A stretch of 64,000 nt of DNA from Vicugna vicugna (taxonomy: Eukaryota), in assembly GCA_013265495.1 (NCBI GenBank), contig MU058241.1:1055249-1119248 (forward strand), read 5' to 3'. The notes under the pieces were generated by a model. That model worked only from the letters and a program-made list of their open reading frames with translations, was not told the DNA's origin and searched no databases. The translations under genes were made by a program, and so were the position numbers. This document shows positions 38,261 through 52,589 of the stretch, piece by piece (position 1 is the stretch's first letter; each line of letters begins with the position of its first letter).

Positions 38261-41200
38261 CGTAAAGAGAATTTTGAATAACCGCAAGTTAAATGATCAA
38301 GCCTACATTCGGTCTTCCATAATCAAATCCCTCAGTAGGACCTAAGTGAGTATGTTGCACTTTAAATGCAAACTCAGTTGAATGGAACCACCAAAAATAC
38401 ACAAACAGGTATTGCCTAGAGATTTGTCATATTATCTGACATAATACATATCCCAGGGCAGACCTTTAACTGAATACTGTTAATGCTGGGAGCTTTAGAT
38501 AAAAACGAACTATTTCTAATTTTATTAACAAGAACTGTTGCATAGCCGTGTGATATATTTAAGTAAATTCTTAAGTTATTGTAAACAAGAACAAGTTTTA
38601 CAAACCCAATTAAAAATTGCATTACCTTTCAATAACTTTACAGGAAACGTTTGAATTAAACCTCCGTTCTGCTCAGTTAGAAGTAAAGCCCTAGATACCT
38701 ATATAAGAAAATGATTCTACACAGTATCCACCAAATTCCCTCCCCCAGACTGCTCTTCCAAAAATAAGGACAGCGTATCCCAAAGAAGTTAAGAGAATTT
38801 CCTGTAGTTACAATCTTGTTAAAACAGAACTGAGATTTAAATTTGTTTTCAGGAAACCTAGTTTAATATTTCCTGCCTACTTGTGTAAGTCATAAATAAA
38901 AACCACTATTATTAAAAGAACAACAAAAACGCAATGTTTTCTGCTTCAAGCACAAACATTCATTCATTCAAAAAAAAAAATAGTTACTAAGTGTGCCCTA
39001 TATGTTTGGCAAGATTCAGACACAAAAGTGCACTGGACCTGGCATCGTAGAACATGGTTCTAGGACCTGCAAGGCCACCTCCTATTTACTTTAATCTGCG
39101 CCCACGTTACCCTGCCTGTTACCCAAGTTCCAAACTAAAATTGTAATACACTGTGGTTGTTTGGAGGAATGTAACAAGATGATGCAGCATATGAAATAAA
39201 CTGTAAAACTATGTACACAAATGCAAGGTAGTATTTATGTGTTAGGAAGAACTAAGAGTTGACTGGCATCTTGCTCTTTCATATTCTATGATAGGAATCC
39301 CAAACATCTTCCCATACCGGCCAGGATCTTTGCAGGAGACTTGTTGAGTTGCTCAAAATCGGCAAAGTCAGATGCAACCAACGAACACTTTATACTGATT
39401 ATTGTTCTCAATGTCTGAAGGGAGGAATTCTAGATTTCTTTGCATCTTCAAGACCAATTCATGGCATCTGTTAAAGCAAGAATAGGACACAAAGCTCCTG
39501 AAGCTAATAGTTTAGGCAAGGAGCTCCGCTGTCTGGGGGTAAGTTACAAATTATTAACTGGGCACCGTGGGAAGCCAGAAAAACAGGAAACTGCCGTTCT
39601 GGAATGGTGTGCTATATAAATTAGCCCAGACCCATGGATTCTGACAACTGTGCTAAGATCTAAATGTGGATCAATTTCTCATCAGCTTTTCTTCCCTCAA
39701 ATCCAGGTGTCTGGGTTTATTTTTTTAAGGTTCGCTGAGTTCCTATAATTAGCAACGACCATGTGATCATTTTGGAAAACAGTACATGGGTAAAATACTG
39801 CCCCAAAGCATACAAGGTCTTTACAATTAGGTGGGAAACAATAAAGTGACACCGTCCTCTTAAATTAACAAACGAAGTCATAAAGCGCATTTATGGTCAA
39901 GCCATCTGCACACCGAGAGCGCCGGCGCGGCCTTGGGAACACTCCACTCTGAGACTTCCGTTCCGACCGAGCTTGGATGCAGCTACTCCTGCCTCAGAGG
40001 ACAGCTCTTCATGCGCCATGAGGAAGCTCAACTGTCCACCCACTGGAGACTACGGAAAGCTGAAAACACCAACTTCCAGTTGTATTTTTCAAAAAAAGTG
40101 AAAGAAAACAGTGCTATGACATCTATCAACTGCATACTATTTACACATTCCAAAACAACTAAACAGAATAAACACAGCCAGTGTCAATGTGAGAGCTGTT
40201 TCTACAACCGAAGTTGACTGTAAGTAGGCTCAGGCCTCCGTCTTAATGGTCAGAGACTCAAAGTAAACTCGGAAACTTTACCACACTTTCCCCAACTTGA
40301 ATCTGAGGGCGAATGGTGATCATCAGAGAAAAGAAAATAAACAATGAGATAGAGAAGGTTGAATTAAGTCTCGAACAATTTGAATCCTGAAAGCATCAGT
40401 TAAGAAAATCAATTTTTGAAAGGCTTTGGGAAATATGGAAAGAACTATAAATGTAAAATTATCTCAAGACAATACCATTTATATTGGACAGAGTTTCTGA
40501 TATTAACAGCTGGGGTAATTTCTGGCTGTGGGGAGGCGTTTACCAGCATCCCCGTGGCCTCAAGCCACTTAATGCTATCAGCATGCACCCCCTGGAGGGG
40601 GAAAAAAAACACCTCCAGTTTAGAACCAGAAATACAGAAGCGTCAGTAGCACTTTGATGACCAGTAACCAGACCCACCCACCTCCCCTAAGCCCCTTAGC
40701 CTTAAGTCTGGGGTGGAAAGGGAAGGAGGGGTGCGGAAACTGAGGGAAACAAGCCAGGGACCTGATCCTGACAGAACGAGGAGGTGAGCAGGAGAGCGGG
40801 AATGAATGCTGCTGGGGCTGCAGAAACACTCTGGGTACACGGAGGAGGCTGGGGTGTGTGGCTGCCATGAGCCAGCACGGATTTGCTAAGGGAGCAGCAG
40901 GCAGCCACCGCCAAGGTCACAGCTGAGTGACAGTGACCAGAACCCTAGGCCAGCACGGCTGTGGTGAGTGTGTGAGTGCAGAGAACGCAGGTTTCCCCTG
41001 GGCAGCAACAGCCCTGTGGCTCAAGTGGTCTGGGGGCAAAAAGACAGGAGAAAGCAGAATACGGCAAGGTGAGAACCAGCGCATGACTCCTTCTAGTCTT
41101 GGGACCTTCATGAGAGGCTGAAACCGGATCATGAGGTCATGAGACCGCTCTGAGGGTGGCAGGACTGTGGGCTCCTACTGCTCCAGGAGAATCTGGCTGG

Positions 41201-41399
41201 AACGTAAATTAGTTACGCACCCACCTTAAGACAAGAAAGGCTGATGGAATTTGAAGAGAGTCAATGCATTAATCTTGCAGGGCGGACCAGCATAATATGC
41301 AGAAAAGACAAGTGCAGACTACATAGTAAGAGAAAAAAATCTAAGACAGGCACTATCTGAAAAAGAGTTGCAAGAATGAATGAATACATTGTTGGACTT

Positions 41400-42265
41400 A
41401 GTGGAAAATGACCATTAAATAAACAAGCATTAAACAAATAGATTATAATCCTCTAAGTAAAATAGGAATCTGGGTCTATGTTGAGATAAATACATACAGA
41501 GGAGAGAACTCTCCCATACAATACAGTGTGAACCAAGGAAAGCAGAAGTGACAGAATCAGGACCTCATTCTTTGGCAACCATCACTGCAACAATTAATTC
41601 ACTCGAGAACTATCAATGGATGATGACACTAGTGGGTGCAAGTTTGACGAGGAAGAAGATATTTACATAGCCTCAAAGTATCTCTGAACAAAATACTTAC
41701 TGATTGCAATGGGAAAACATGGAAGTTTACTCCTCAATCAAGCAATCAAGTTTAAAAACCACAAGTCATGAGACAAGCACAGCGCCAGAGGAGACTCACA
41801 GAGAACACAGAATCACACGGATGGTGGTCCCGCTGACAAAATCTAGCCATGAGCAAACACAAGACAAACTCTACATGAGGCCTGGGAGACAAAGCAAGTA
41901 CCATGCAACCTTCAAAAATATCAAAGTCATGACAGGTAAAGAGAGGCTGAGAGGCTATTTCAGATTGAAGGAGAGCAACAGAAACAGGAAAACTGAATGC
42001 AATGCATGATCTGTCCTGAATCCTTCTGCTGTAAAGAACACTATTAGGATGACTGGCAACACTTGAACACGGTCTGTCGTCGTCCACGCCAACGTAAAGT
42101 TCCTGATTTTGATGGCTGTCCTGTGCTTTTGTAGGAGAATGTCATACTTTGCATGAAACACTCACATTAAGTATCATGTCAACTGCTGGCTTCAAATGGC
42201 TTAGGAAAAATAAAAATTTCCGGAATGTTTTTGGCAACTATGCTAAAGATGATTAAAAAAAAAAA
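41400..42265 (+). mobile_element. Old L1 (L1MC-like) 3' end
   Basis: 'ctagtgggtgcaagtttgacgaggaa...cctcaaagtatctc' and 'aatgttaaagttcctgattttgat'-like segment 'aacgtaaagttcctgattttgatgg'. Confidence 0.8.
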
Positions 42266-42960
42266 AACCAGGAAGTATATAGTTGGATTAAAATTTCTTT
42301 CAAACCAACAGGAATTTCAAAGGATTTCAGAAAAATTAGTTCTGAAGGATTGGAAATATTTTGCTAGTGTACTGGTGACCATACACATTGTTAGTCACCG
42401 GAAATAACTTAGGAAATAAGTAAACCTTTACTTCTGCATAATAAAAATACTTAGTACTCAAAGACACTGCATTTGCTAAGGAGCATGAATGAAGAAACAT
42501 TATCTTACAGGAAAAATGCCATTGACTTCTTTCCACTTTAAGTTTTTTTAATATCAAGGAGAACTATATTGCTGGTACAATTGCCTTCTTTAAAAATATT
42601 TTTCAGAGCCCAAGTGTTTGATTAGATTAAGCTGATTTTTTAAACTGATGCGTACATATGTGTGTATGAAACACATATTGCTCAAGTTCAGATAGTTTTA
42701 CATTAATGACTGGAGCACACCTTGGTTTGACCACAAAATCCCGAGGCGCGTGAATCTTGCGTGCCTAGTCAGGTGGAGTTCAAACAGTCCAGATGGCTAT
42801 CAGGAGGCACCTGCAGGGATTTTGAGCTGGGCGATAAAAGTTATGTCACAGAGACCGGTCTCTCCCCAGCGTCTATACATTGTTCTGATGTAATCTGCCA
42901 CATCTCCCACAGTCAGGGGCTAGCAACAAGCCCTGGTATGAGGAGGACGTCGATCCAGCT

Positions 42961-43180
42961 CAGTGATTCTCCACCGGGGGTTACTGTGCCCCCCAGGGGA
43001 CACCAGGCCACATCTGGAGACATTCTTGGCTGTCATAACTGGGGGGGGAGGGGGATGGCCACTTACACCCCGTGGGTGGGGACCAGGGGAGCTTCTGAAC
43101 ATGCTACCGGGCACAGCACACCACCCCCGGGAGAACGACCCCCTCTGCAGGTCGGTGGTGCAGGAGCTCAGAGCCACGGG
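42961..43180 (+). mobile_element. MER20 hAT MITE (GC-shifted)
   Basis: 'cagtgattctccaccggggg...ccccagggga...atctggagacattcttggctgtcataactgggg'. Confidence 0.85.
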
Positions 43181-44714
43181 CCAGGTTCCTGCCAGACCTG
43201 TTTGAGGGACAGGGCTTAGTATGGTTTGTCCCCCGGGTTTACGCACAAAGTGGGTCAGAAGTAGATTCCAAGTGACCCACAGGGGAACAGGGAACGATTT
43301 TAAGGCACACTGCCGAGGTGTTCTGTGAGGATACTATTTTTGGTAATACTTTCAAAAAACCGTGTTTTTATGATTATTGAACATTGATTTTCTAGAGTGC
43401 GCATAGTGACGGACAACGTGACCTTTTGGATTTTCAGCACAATGACTCCACAGCCTCACAACCTTCAGGCTACGAGCAGAGTGATGCAGATCTCAAGGGA
43501 GGTTAAAGAAGGTTCCCAAGTTGTAGAGTCTCGTACCCTTCATGAACCAGAGGTCCTGTGCTACTGGCAGGGAGTGACTGCAGGCAGAGAGGCAGTGAGA
43601 GAAATCTGAAAAGAGGACACAGTGAGATTGGGTGGAAGACACCAGCTTTGCAAAGAGCTGTGGATGCAAACTGTGGCAACACACTGTGACGACAAGAGAC
43701 TTTGCTGCCCTCCGTCCGCAGGGCACCTACAGTTTCCAGGTGGACAGTTTCTTGGATGTTGTCATCACTGCGAGGGGGTTCCCTTTTGATGGTTTTAAAA
43801 AAAGCATATGTACTGCACGTTCTGATTTAAGGGTCAAACAACAAGCAAAGTGAATTCATTGCATACCTGTCAATAAATAGAATTTAATTAAATGTATTCA
43901 TTTTTTCCCATTTTCAGGCAATGTTAGCTCTTTTTACTTGATCCAAAATAATGAATGATGCTAACTTTACTTGATTTTTATCTTAAATTTTTGTAAAATA
44001 ATAGGTTTTAACTCATAGCTACTTTTAAATTTCATTTATTACTTATCATACTATACTCATGCATTAAATATCAACCTATGAGCAGAGTGATACCAAAATT
44101 CAAGACGTGTAACTTGGAACTATTATTCCCCTGAAACAGATTAGTTCACAGATGTTTCAATGGAAGGAATACTGTGTCTCAGATCACGGAGAACGGCAGG
44201 GTTAAACCCAGTCAACAACCTTACGAGAAATCATATTTAGAAACACAGACACCGGCACGTAAAAACCCCAAACCTGAAGACCCAGTGCAGGTACGAGGCA
44301 GGAAGTCTGGGGCCAGGGAGTCAAGACCTGGTTGGGAAAAGTTCAAAAGAAGAGAAGGGTTGGAGAGGAGGGGTCATCCCGGGTAGCTGACTTTCAGAAG
44401 ACTGCACATCTGAAATTCGTCTTTATGGGCAAGAAGCCACAAGGTGCATGGAAAAGGCGGATGACAGCCAGGGGAAGGTGGGCTGCTCTCGTCTGCGCAG
44501 GACGAAGCCTTCTGCGGGCCACCGTGTTGGCTTGTTGAGGAGTCCCCTCATTCACCCAGCTCTCATTCATTTAACAGTTACTTTCGGAAGCCACTTGTGG
44601 TGGAGTTCCTGCAGACGAGATCAGCACCCTTTAGTCTCTGATACCTCTTTCCCACTCTGCAAACACTGACAGCAGGGACCAGTCCCTGACTGCTCGCAAG
44701 TGCCAGAGACAGTG

Positions 44715-44850
44715 CTGATGAGCCCATTTCTACTTCCTGATCACACCCGTGCAAACAAGGTTGAGAAAGGGACGTGCCCCAGGTCACAGAGCTGTTAGGG
44801 AATGCAGACAGCCTTGGAAACGTGGCTCCTGTGATTTCTAACTTCCCACT
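44715..44850 (-). mobile_element. MIR SINE fragment
   Basis: 'cccatttctac...gacgtgccccaggtcacagagctgttag'. Confidence 0.6.
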
Positions 44851-45532
44851 GAAATACCTTTGAGACAAAGAAAGGCAATCTCTCACACCACCACTGAAAG
44901 CTCTCTGACCAGGCAAGAAAAATCTCCACTCACAACAAGGATGATGGGGGTAAGGGGAAAAAAAAAAAAACAGTAAGTAGCTACCTAAAGCCAAATTGAC
45001 GTACATAGTGACCATGGGTAATCTAATAACTTGGTGCATCTGTATTCCCTAAATACCTATCTCTGTGTACTATTTATTAAATGGAGAAGGGAAAATACTT
45101 TAATGCCAATAACCATATGCATACTATTCTGTGTTTGATGTAACAAATGTATTTCATGCACGCAACATAATATCCTGGCTTATTTAGAAGAGTCACTGTA
45201 GGCTAAATTAACCACTCATCCTTATTAAGGATTGAGTTTAGCCTCTGTGGGTAGAATTACAAAGTCTGTTTCTAGTTTCCTGCACCGTCCTGTGCATTAT
45301 TAATCTGCAGAATTTCAGATGACTGAAACAGAGTATTTCAGTTGACTGTCAGCTGCCTCAGAGTTTGACGGTCAGCCAGAAGTCCCTCAGCTTCACAGAC
45401 GAGTGTTTTCCTCTTTAGCAGCTACACTTGAAGACACTGCATCTACTTCACGGGTGTAACCAATTTCACACTTCTCCTGAAACGTACGAAGTTATACGTA
45501 AAAACAGGAATTAATTGACTCATCTAATGGTC

Positions 45533-45548
45533 TGTGTGTGTGTGTGTG
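45533..45548. repeat. (TG)8 microsatellite
   Basis: Read directly from the sequence. Confidence 0.9.
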
Positions 45549-46099
45549 CACTTAAGGAGCTGGTATTCTGGAGAGTTAACTAGCTGGTATTCAGCTTAAT
45601 TCAATTCTGGGAATTCCTGTCCACAAGTCATAAATCAGAGGCCCTTGCTGACCCACTGTATTATCTATAGTTCAAAGTCAGCTCCAATTATTCAGCCAGG
45701 TAGAAACACAGTGCGGAAGCAGGCTGTGAAGTTCCCGGGACGCTGGTCCAGTCCCCTCCCCCACCCCCCAGTCTTTCTACTTCCATCGGGCACAGTGACA
45801 CCCAGATACAGAGCAGAATTAATGATGCAAAGAAATGGGTTATTGAGAGAGAGGACAAACTTTAGACACCCTCTTAGGAAAGAAGGGCTTTGACAAGTGG
45901 GTAAGATCTCTCTGAAAAGAGGGAATGTACAGAGGAGAGAGGGCTGAGGTAGGAATTCTGGATTTCCCTGAAGGGGAATTCACAGTGGCGTTGGAGATTG
46001 TAAGCACTGATTTCCTGCAGAAAAAACTGATTGTGACATCCATACCTCCACCTGATCCATCAAAATGTGTGTGTTTTAAAGGTGTTCTCACTTCCATTT

Positions 46100-48280
46100 A
46101 AAAAATAGAAATTAAAAAAAAAAGTACATCAAAAGAACAAAGTCAGACTGGCTCAAAACTTCTCCATTATCTTAAGTACCAAAGACATTAAACCCAAGTT
46201 AATAAGCACTTGAGGCAACAACTCATGATCCAAGAATTTTCTGCCTATCTAACTGTGATTCAGGGAACGGGAGCAATGAAAGACCATTTCAGGACACGCA
46301 GAGGATCGGGGGTATATCATCCGTGAAGAGCAAATTACACTCACCACCTTAGAATGAATAAACCTGAAGTCTAGAGTAGAAAAGCTGCAGTGAAAATAGT
46401 TGTGGCAAGTCAAGAAACTCGTAACAGGAAAAACTCAAAACATATGATATTTATACTGTCGTAAAAGTTAACTAAAATGTACAAATAATTCTTGAAGATC
46501 AATGTAAAACATCATTTAATAAGACTTCAGATGCAAAGTTCTACAGAATGCAAATGATAGCTAAGAACTAGGAAGAGTGAGGAAAGAGAAGAACACTGAA
46601 AAATAAAATTTTATTAACAATGGTGATGACTGAAGACAAGCAGATTAAAGTGTGTTCTTTAAAATGTAAAAGTAACCTTCAGGAGTTACATGACTCAGGA
46701 GACAAAAGTCACATGCAGCCTAGAATTCTACGGAAAGACAACAACAATGGTACAGGTGGGGGGACTGGCACATGAACACACACTCAGAAACTATGATAGT
46801 CACAATAATACACCCAAAAAGATGATATAATTAAGATCGCGCATACAGACTATTAGATTAGGCTTAAAAACTACTAAATTCACCTGTTTAAAAGTCACAG
46901 GTAAGAAACGTGACTGAAATACATATGGAGATATTGATAATAATTTCCTGTTTTACCTAGAGGGGAAATAAAGGTAAGACTAATAATAACAGTAAAATAA
47001 TAATAACAGAACAAATGGGTTACTGTGAAAAAAATTCAAGAATGTACTGGACACATAAAAAGAATCATAAATTGTAACAAAAAAATAACTGGGAAAAATT
47101 AATGTTTGAAAATACCCTTGAATTTTTAACAAGGAAAAAAAAGTAACGCAGGACATGCACCCTCATACACTAAGGGTACTATAAAGATGCAGTAATTTAA
47201 TTTTAATAGTGTATTTATTTATGCCAATTCTTATAGTTTGAGTATCAATAGTAGCAACAGTTAATCTCGCTACTGAGGATCAAGCTTAAGCATTCTATTC
47301 AAGATAAAGAGCAAAGGAAGACTATACTGACGCTTCCAGAAAACTAAAATTTTAGCTCATGGACACAATCAGTTCCTTCTGAGAAGGTTGAGAAGTTAAA
47401 TATAAAAATTTTGAGAACCGGATGAAAACGAGTGAATATTTATGTGATACTGCAATACACATACAAAACCCAAAATAATTTAAAATTTTCAGTATACATA
47501 ATCTTTTTGCATTTTAACAGAAACATAGAAAAAGAAGACTCTCTCGTTCATTATCTGGGAAAGTAACTGCAGTCTATGTAGTGGAAGAGATGCTGTCATG
47601 GACTGAATGTTCGTGTCCCCTCCCAAAATCATACACTGAAGTCCTAACACCCGATGTGATGTTCTGCGGAGGTGTGGCCTATGGGAGATGAATGCATGAT
47701 AACAGTGCAGCCCCAGCGATGGGATTAGTGTCCTGAGAAAAAGAAAAAGATGCCAGTAGCTTTCTAAAATAATTTAACCTCAATATTAAAATAATTTAAT
47801 CTCAATCCTGTTAATCAAAATAATGAGACATTTCTCATGTATCAAATTCAATCAGAATTAATAAAAATAGGAAATAACCAGTGTGTGTGAGGGGTCACAG
47901 AAATAAGCTGTTTCATATCCTATTGCTAGGACTTTCGTCAGGCTACTGTTCGTGTAATGTGCCTGAGCTGAAACTGGTAAAATACATTAAGCATAACTCC
48001 ATGGGGGGAGAGGGGAGAGGAAGATTAATAACCCAGAACTTCTCTATTTAGAGAGAAAGAATTGTGCAGTAAATGGTACCAGGACGACTGGCTAGCTATC
48101 CAGGTAAAACAACAGATTCAGAGTTTTACAGCATCTCAAACACTAATTTTAATCTTGAATGGTTTAGAGAATTCAATTTAAAATATGAAATGTCAAGAAG
48201 AAAGCATGGATGACTGTCTGATCTTCTCAAGGTGAAGGATTTTTAAAGTTTTAAATAGTGGAGAAAAAATCATTTTTCTA
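46100..48280 (+). mobile_element. Patchwork of old L1M ORF1/ORF2 remnants, interrupted by MLT1A
   Basis: A-rich degenerate L1 motifs ('gactggctcaaaacttctcca', 'aagaattttctgcctatctaactg', 'tactataaagatgcagtaatt', 'aaatggtaccaggacgactggctagctatc'). Confidence 0.6.
47594..47755 (+). mobile_element. MaLR LTR 5' part (MLT1A-like)
   Basis: 'tgtcatggactgaatgttcgtgtcccctcccaaaatcatacactgaagtcctaacaccc'. Confidence 0.85.
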
Positions 48281-51200
48281 TTATAATGATACATAGTAAC
48301 TGCAAATATATATAATTATATGTAAATTTAATCATAAGGTTTTTAGAAACTTATAAAGGTTATTTTAACACTGTAAGAATTAGCCCCTTTAGTCATGTTT
48401 TTTACAAAGTTGATTCCATTCTTAAACTTTGGAACCAACTGTCTTCTCCCATATCGATGTTACATATTTTCACTCAAACTAGGATGTGAACTCCTATTAT
48501 TTAGGCTTAGAAAAAATGCTACATATTTACTTTTAATTTACGTGCAACATTTTGTAGCAGTGACTCCACTGTGCCAGAGTGATTCCACCCTGGGCGTCCC
48601 TGGCATCTCCTTGGCCCTTCCCATACATGCATGTGGATCTTTCTTAAAGCCTAAACTTCCCTGATGTTCTAGAGCGCCACTGATGATCTTCCACGCCCCC
48701 CCCACCCCGCCTACGGCTCCTCCCAGGTTCTGCATCCTTTACATCAAGGATTCTTTTCTCTTGACCTTTCTGGACCGTGACCATTTCATCATACCTTTTT
48801 AATTCTCCTGAGATGAAATTCACAGGTACTATAGTCTACCTACAAATATTACTATAAATGTTACAGGGAACAATGCCCATTGCAATACAAAGCCGAAATA
48901 CAGTCTAATTTATTATAAGTCTCTTTTTCTTACATATAATTCTGTTTTTAAGTATTTAAATACTTGGGCACAAGGACAATAGAATTTGCAGAAAGAGGTG
49001 GTTCTCTGATTGCCTCTCATTCTGAAAAACAACCTTGGATATAAGAAGACATTGCTCAACTGAATAATGACACTTCTGACAAAATTTGATATTTTGAAAA
49101 CAGATAAGTGTATCAGTGTACAGTTGTGAATCTGCCATTAATACATAATATCACCTGCAGCCTGATACTGGAGTGTCTACCTCTGACTCAGACAGCAAGG
49201 GGCATTGTCAAAAGTGACAGGATTTTCCCCAGCAGCAACAACTGTCAGTGACACTTTCAATGAAACAAAGTAAAAGATTTCTTCAAGCTGCCTGCAGACT
49301 GCATTGCTGGAATACTCGATATATATTAGAACCATAAAGAAAATGCCTGGAGTTTCTATGCATAATGAAGTTAGTGTTCAGCTCTGGAGAATTACAGACA
49401 GCTCTACGCTGTGAGTCACTCAGAAGCTACGTGTGTGACGCGAGGCCCTTCGCTGTCGCAGAACCCTCCCGTGCATTACAATCCTTGTGGAATCCTCCCC
49501 CGCTAGGATTGTGACAACTAATGCATGGCCCCCTCCAGATTTCAACCGTCCCCCTCAGAAGCAGTGACATCCCACATGAAAACCACTGAGTCTCTTTCTA
49601 CCGCTTTCCAGTCTCTTAGCATCACCTTTGAACACTGTTTCAGAATTCTGTTTCTTCTCATCTCTTTTTGTTTTTTTGGCACCATTTTGGAACACAACTT
49701 AGTCACATTCTCTGCCTTTCCACCCTCCCATTAAGCCCATCATCCACTCCTGTGTTTACCTGTATAAGGATTAACATTTGCAAGTGAACTCTATTTTTAG
49801 TAATGCACGCAGAGATACATTCCTTAAACCAGAAATGTGGGTGATATTTTTATCAGCCTAGCTAACATGAATTTAGTTCGAACGGTTTGGGGAGAAAGCA
49901 TTAAAGGGAACTCAGCTGACGAAAACTTAAATATAAAATATTAAGCACACGTATTTTGTTTATTTAACATGAAATAGTACTAAACAAAGATTTTTTTTTA
50001 ATCTTGAGTGTCACAATATCTAATTTAATACTTGTATATATCAGAATCACCAGAATATTCAATCATCAAGTTAGAAAAGTTAACCTTTATTTCAAGCATT
50101 AGCTTTCCACGCCCCCCTAGCATAAAGTGTGTAGCTCCCCCACGCGAACGAGCGTGTTCTCAGTCATCTGAGAAACAGGCTGCCGTTGCGTGACCGGCCT
50201 CAGGTGACAGGGCTGCCGGGATGGAAATTCTGTAATAAAACTCAGATGGTATCAGTGCTGGATTGGGTAGCTCTAATCCTGGGTTTCAAATGCTCTTGGA
50301 GAGCGGCAGCCACGTACTATTGGATAACGTTTCAGGGCAGAAAGAACTCTTCTGTGCTGCCCCTGATGTGGTGATGACAGGACTTCTCAGCTTCTCCCAA
50401 CCTATGAATGAATTCTAACAGAAGGCCTGGGATGAAGGCAAATTCCTCAAGAGTTTAAACTTTATTAGAAATACTCAGCTCCATGATGACGGACGCCACC
50501 CACTTTCTCATATCCCCAATTTTCACTCTAGCGTGAGCTTTACAGAGAGCAATTTAATCTTAGTTTAGCTCATTTCCGTAAACGAGTATTGAGCATTCTC
50601 CATGCACGAGGCACTGCATGGAGCCTCTGGAAACATAAGTGGACATAAATGACCATGCACATTGCTGTTCATGGGAGCTACTTGGTTAATAACCATCAAA
50701 GCACTTTCACCCCTCAGGATGAGAGAGGACAGCCCTTTCAGAAGCAAGCAGGTAGTACCCTGCAGACCTGCAGAAGGAGGAGGAGGAATCACATCTCTCT
50801 GTTCACGATCACAGCCACCTTCGACTGGCACCTTCCCCTGGGCCATACCCTTAATAATACAACCAGAAAAAATAAGGCGCTGAAAGAGACTGTAAAATAA
50901 AGGGTTTCTGGTGCCACAAAGGAGGCAGTTCGATGAAGACATGATGAGAAAAAGGAGGTAAAGGCCCCTTTCTGTATTTCCAGAGTCACATGTTTTATCG
51001 TCTGGTGAGAAGCAAGTCAGTTACATCAGTTGGAAGCTTTCTAAGGTGCTGCTGAAGCACGCGGCGGTGTGCGCACCACCTGCCGCCCAGCGCTGCTGCC
51101 TTTAGCTAAACCGAGGGGCAGTGGTGCTGTGACTAATCAGCCTGGGCCAAAGTCCACCATCCAACCTGTGCCCACAAGGAACATGAGGGTCTCAGACACC

Positions 51201-52122
51201 GCCTGATCTAACCACTCCGTTAATATTTCTTCTCCCACAGTTAACAGAACGTGACTTAGGATCACCTCTGCTCTCCTGCAGCTCCCCCCGCTCCTAGGAA
51301 GCCATGTGCATTGAGGTGGCCAGAGGCCAAGAAGCAGAGACCTGAAATGGGGCATCCAGCCCAGTCAGAGAGGAGAGGTGAGCTGGGGGTTAGGGACATC
51401 GGGAGAAGAGAAGGTTCCGAACAGTGCAGAGAAGAGGAGTGGGGATACGCAGACGGCTCTCACAGAAGGAGGGGGTGAAAGGCAGCACACCTAACACTCC
51501 TGATAACAAAAATGACTGACTACATTTATGTCTGTCCAGGTCATGAGGGAAAAATCTGTAAGTGGAAGTGTTACCTGTTAACTTTCTGAATCAAGCTAAT
51601 AAAATCTATAGGTATCAGATTCCCCACTTGGATAAACCCGGCGTGTTGTTTGTTCTTTGCCATGCTCTCAAACTTGATGCTGAGATGCTATGGGCGGTGG
51701 GGGGAGGTTTGGCAATACTTTTGAGGCAACACTATGAGAAATGTCATGATTAATAAAATAAGGCTATTTTAATTGTTTCCCACATCTCTGCAATCTAGAT
51801 GAAATATTTCTCCCATGGGCTCTGTTGTCCTGAGTCTTGTCACCCTGTGCCCTGCTTACATCACAGGAGAAATTGTGCAGCAGCAGAAATAGAAATGCAG
51901 CTGCACATGAAAGCCGTCCCAGGCTGTCACTCAGAGTTCACCCCTCCACTTGCCTTGTCCGCTGGGGACTGCCAACACTCATCTCACGCAGGAATGTCAG
52001 GCCACTGTTCCTCCCGCAGCTCACCATGTCTTGATTAATCTCAGTGCTGAGTCGTCTTACCCTTTTCCTCACCCAAGACATCCCATGGAATCTCACTATT
52101 ACCCTGATTTTGTTCTTGTCTT

Positions 52123-52589
52123 CGGGACTGCCAAACTAAAAACTGTCACTTGCCATCTGGTTCTATGAGAAAGAAGTCACGAACCACTGCAGACGCTGAC
52201 CTCTACCGTCCCCTGAAAGGAGCTCAAGGCGTAGATCAGGAACCAGGCGCTCTGTGCTCTGGGAGAATCGGCAGAACAGGCCCTCAGATAGGTATTTTCA
52301 GGAGATTTTATGAGCCCAATTTCTTGCACCTTCTCACATGCAGAAATCAATAGAATCACTAACGGAGACGCACGGTCCCTGTGACCAGCAGCAAGCCTCA
52401 GCCTAAACGTGTGTTTGACTGGACATAGCCGCCTTCATTGCGACCTCGTATGCACTGACCTCCCCCCTCAGCCCTTCACAGCAGTTCCTCAGAGCCATTT
52501 GAGAGGCTGTCTCTCAGGCTGTAGTCCTCATTTTGCCTCCAATAAAACTTAACTTCATAACTCTCACATTCTGCGTTTTTCAGTCGACA
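52123..52589 (+). mobile_element. ERV1-class solo LTR (MER34/LTR39-like; related to 61074-61529)
   Basis: AATAAA near the 3' end, terminus 'cagtcgaca', and near-TSD tctt/tatt. Confidence 0.8.

Noticed and set aside
39318..39467. Possible minus-strand exon (acceptor at 39467 or 39414, donor after 39318)
   Set aside because: The 150-nt form has stops in all three frames. The 97-nt form has an open frame but no recognisable peptide. It needs RNA-seq support.
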